From Psammoneis japonica (Eukaryota), in NCBI GenBank assembly GCA_008632985.1, contig QPGO01000091.1, positions 124,001 to 188,000 on the forward strand: a stretch of DNA of 64,000 nt, in the 5' to 3' direction. Position 1 is the first letter of the stretch, and every line of letters starts with the position of its first letter. Made by a program: the position numbers and the translations under genes. Positions 62,138-64,000 of the stretch are shown piece by piece. Below the pieces are notes generated by a model. The model made no database searches and had not been told where the DNA came from. It saw only the letters and a program-made list of their open reading frames with translations.

Positions 62138-63069
62138 ACTTGCACCGGGAACCCAGCATGCCAAAGCTAGCAAAAGCCTTTGCGTACCATCGCTTTTGAT
62201 CCGGCTTACGTTGTTGCCCGTGCGTAGCTCTCTCTTTGCAACGAACGATCGCTCGCGCAAGCGATCCACCGTCAAACGTAGCTAACAAAAATACGGTAGA
62301 GTAGCTGAGGTACCGTAGTGGTTACAATTCGGATATTTGTCCAAGCTATAGTTGTAACAGCAGGCCCAATGGGGTACCCTCTCCACTCTCTGCCCCGCAA
62401 CACCAGCACTGAATGTGTCGAGCTGTGCAACTCCAGCGCTTGTATGAAATGGAACTTTGCTTGAATTTTGAGATGCAACCTCCAGGGATTGCAATGAACG
62501 ACATTGTTCAAGTCACACATTCTTAGTCCCTGCAGGCACCATAACCAGACAAGTCAAGACAGACTTTCTTTCAGCTATGCTGCATTCATTTAACCTTCTT
62601 CTCCTCGTGGATTGAAGAACCTCGTCCCTTTCCCACCCACTCCCCTTTCTCTGCTATGCTGCTGCACACTCAGCACACAGGAGGGTGTGTGAATAACAGG
62701 ATGATCTCTCTCCCCCACTGCAAGAGACTGCAGCTGTGTCTGTAAACTCACGTGAAGCCATGACCATGTCGTTTCTTCCCACGTCCATCATCGAACAGTG
62801 GTGTGCGCGGTCAACCACTACTTTTTTGGCGCGCATTTTCAAATTCGGCGCATTCGGCTGGCGCGGCCGGGCCGCCTGGTCAGGCTTTTCATCAGTCATG
62901 CGTGCAGAACACAGAACATGCCATTTTTTTTTTAGATTCATATTTTCGCCTCACAAATTCCTCTTTCAAAGGACGGCCATTCGACCCGAAAGGAAAGGCG
63001 CATGGGGCTGGGCCAAAGTAAACTCTCTCCGCCATCAAAAGGGTCCAGTGCGCAAAGCTCATCCAAAAT

Positions 63070-63987
63070 ATGGCGGACGCTGCTGCTACTCTGGAAGAAG
63101 GAATGCGTCTTCTTCCCGCATCGTCGCCTCCTGGCAATGGCGGCCATCACCGAACAATGACGTCGTACTCCTCTTACCAGCATCATCATGATCATCATCA
63201 TATTGCGCATAGCAACAGTACCGACCATCTTCATGAGCTTTTGCATCATTTGCATGATTATCATCTCACAAGCTCTCGTCGATTTCAACTCTTGCTTTAC
63301 ATGGGCTTGACGTTGCTGTATTTTGCCATTGTCAGCAGTTTGCTTGCGGCTAACAATTTGTGTCAAGACGATATTGAAGCACGGTATTTTTTACCCTTTC
63401 ATTATACGGAATTTTGGAGTTCCTTTGCCTTTATTCTAATCGGGGATGATCATGACATCTTGACGTTTGATACACCCATGGGGCTGGGTGTGCTCTACTT
63501 GTTGAGCTTTAACGTGGTCACGTCGCTCATGGCCGCCTTGCTCTTTTCGTTGCACCCCGCAACGTATGAAGTACCTTCACACTTGATTGAGTATTCTTCC
63601 CAAATCACAATTACATTGGTTGATTTTGTCTTTATTTGGCAAGGCAATGGTCGTCGGGGTGGCAGCAATAGCAGCCTTTGGCAGCGAGCAGCTGCAGTAG
63701 CACCAGAAACTACTAATGATGCGGGCGTCATGCCATCATCATCCTTTGTGTCTCGTAATGCTGGACAAGTGCTGTTTGTGACTCTGCTTCTTATGATGGA
63801 CATTTTCAAGTTTCTCTTTTATGTGGAACTCATTCCCTGTCGCATTGGTGCCGAACGATCGTCCCACTACTTTGAGTTTGTAGGAGAAATGCTCAACAGT
63901 TTGTGGGCCTTTTTCTACGCCAAGCAGCTCTTTGTGAAACTAAGCAAAGATCAAATCAACGATTTGCGGCACGTTCAAGAGTGCTAA
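63070..63987 (+). CDS. Multi-pass membrane protein with His-rich N-terminus, function unknown
   Basis: About 6 hydrophobic segments; repeated H..E(F/Y) motifs (FHYTEFW, SHLIEY, SHYFEF); HHHDHHH tract. Confidence 0.75.
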   Translation: MADAAATLEEGMRLLPASSPPGNGGHHRTMTSYSSYQHHHDHHHIAHSNSTDHLHELLHHLHDYHLTSSRRFQLLLYMGLTLLYFAIVSSLLAANNLCQDDIEARYFLPFHYTEFWSSFAFILIGDDHDILTFDTPMGLGVLYLLSFNVVTSLMAALLFSLHPATYEVPSHLIEYSSQITITLVDFVFIWQGNGRRGGSNSSLWQRAAAVAPETTNDAGVMPSSSFVSRNAGQVLFVTLLLMMDIFKFLFYVELIPCRIGAERSSHYFEFVGEMLNSLWAFFYAKQLFVKLSKDQINDLRHVQEC

Positions 63988-64000
63988 AGACGAAAGAGAA

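Noticed and set aside
62350..62760. Short CpG-poor patch, possible solo LTR
   Set aside because: No termini, TSD or second copy found in the window.

Overview
Eukaryotic nuclear DNA, most likely a pennate diatom. The evidence is short GT-AG introns, bipartite ASAFAP-type plastid presequences on the L10 and UPF0301 genes, diatom-style LRR/ARM/MYND genes, and Copia, CRE and Gypsy remnants. The window alternates between two sharply different sequence states. (1) Gene-dense blocks of normal composition hold about 19 intact genes: LRR protein, COMT-like methyltransferase, plastid L10, two DMT transporters, UPF0301, ARM, gamma-SNAP-like, Ubl-WLM protease, glycosyltransferase-like, ARM-MYND, GH47, RNI-like LRR, bacterial-type GH55 and others, plus two 5S rRNA copies. 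(2) Multi-kb tracts (about 330-1870, 3780-10300, 36350-41100, 43250-53200, and partly 19500-22300 and 24350-26850) have lost almost all CpG and also almost all TpA. They contain only decayed transposons and decayed duplicated host genes. Paired copies inside the window show the change is directional: CG->TG/CA and TA->TG/CA, so Tyr codons become Cys/His, while CTAG/CTAA/TTAG/TTAA are relatively spared. This is the best candidate for an undescribed system, a repeat-associated TpA->TpG hypermutation opposite in direction to fungal RIP. Second highlight: the single intron of the GH55 gene is, end to end, an antisense fragment of Ty3/Gypsy pol whose codons supply both splice sites. Two MITE families with 4-bp target-site duplications were also found. 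All counts and alignments were done by eye, and no database or literature search was possible.
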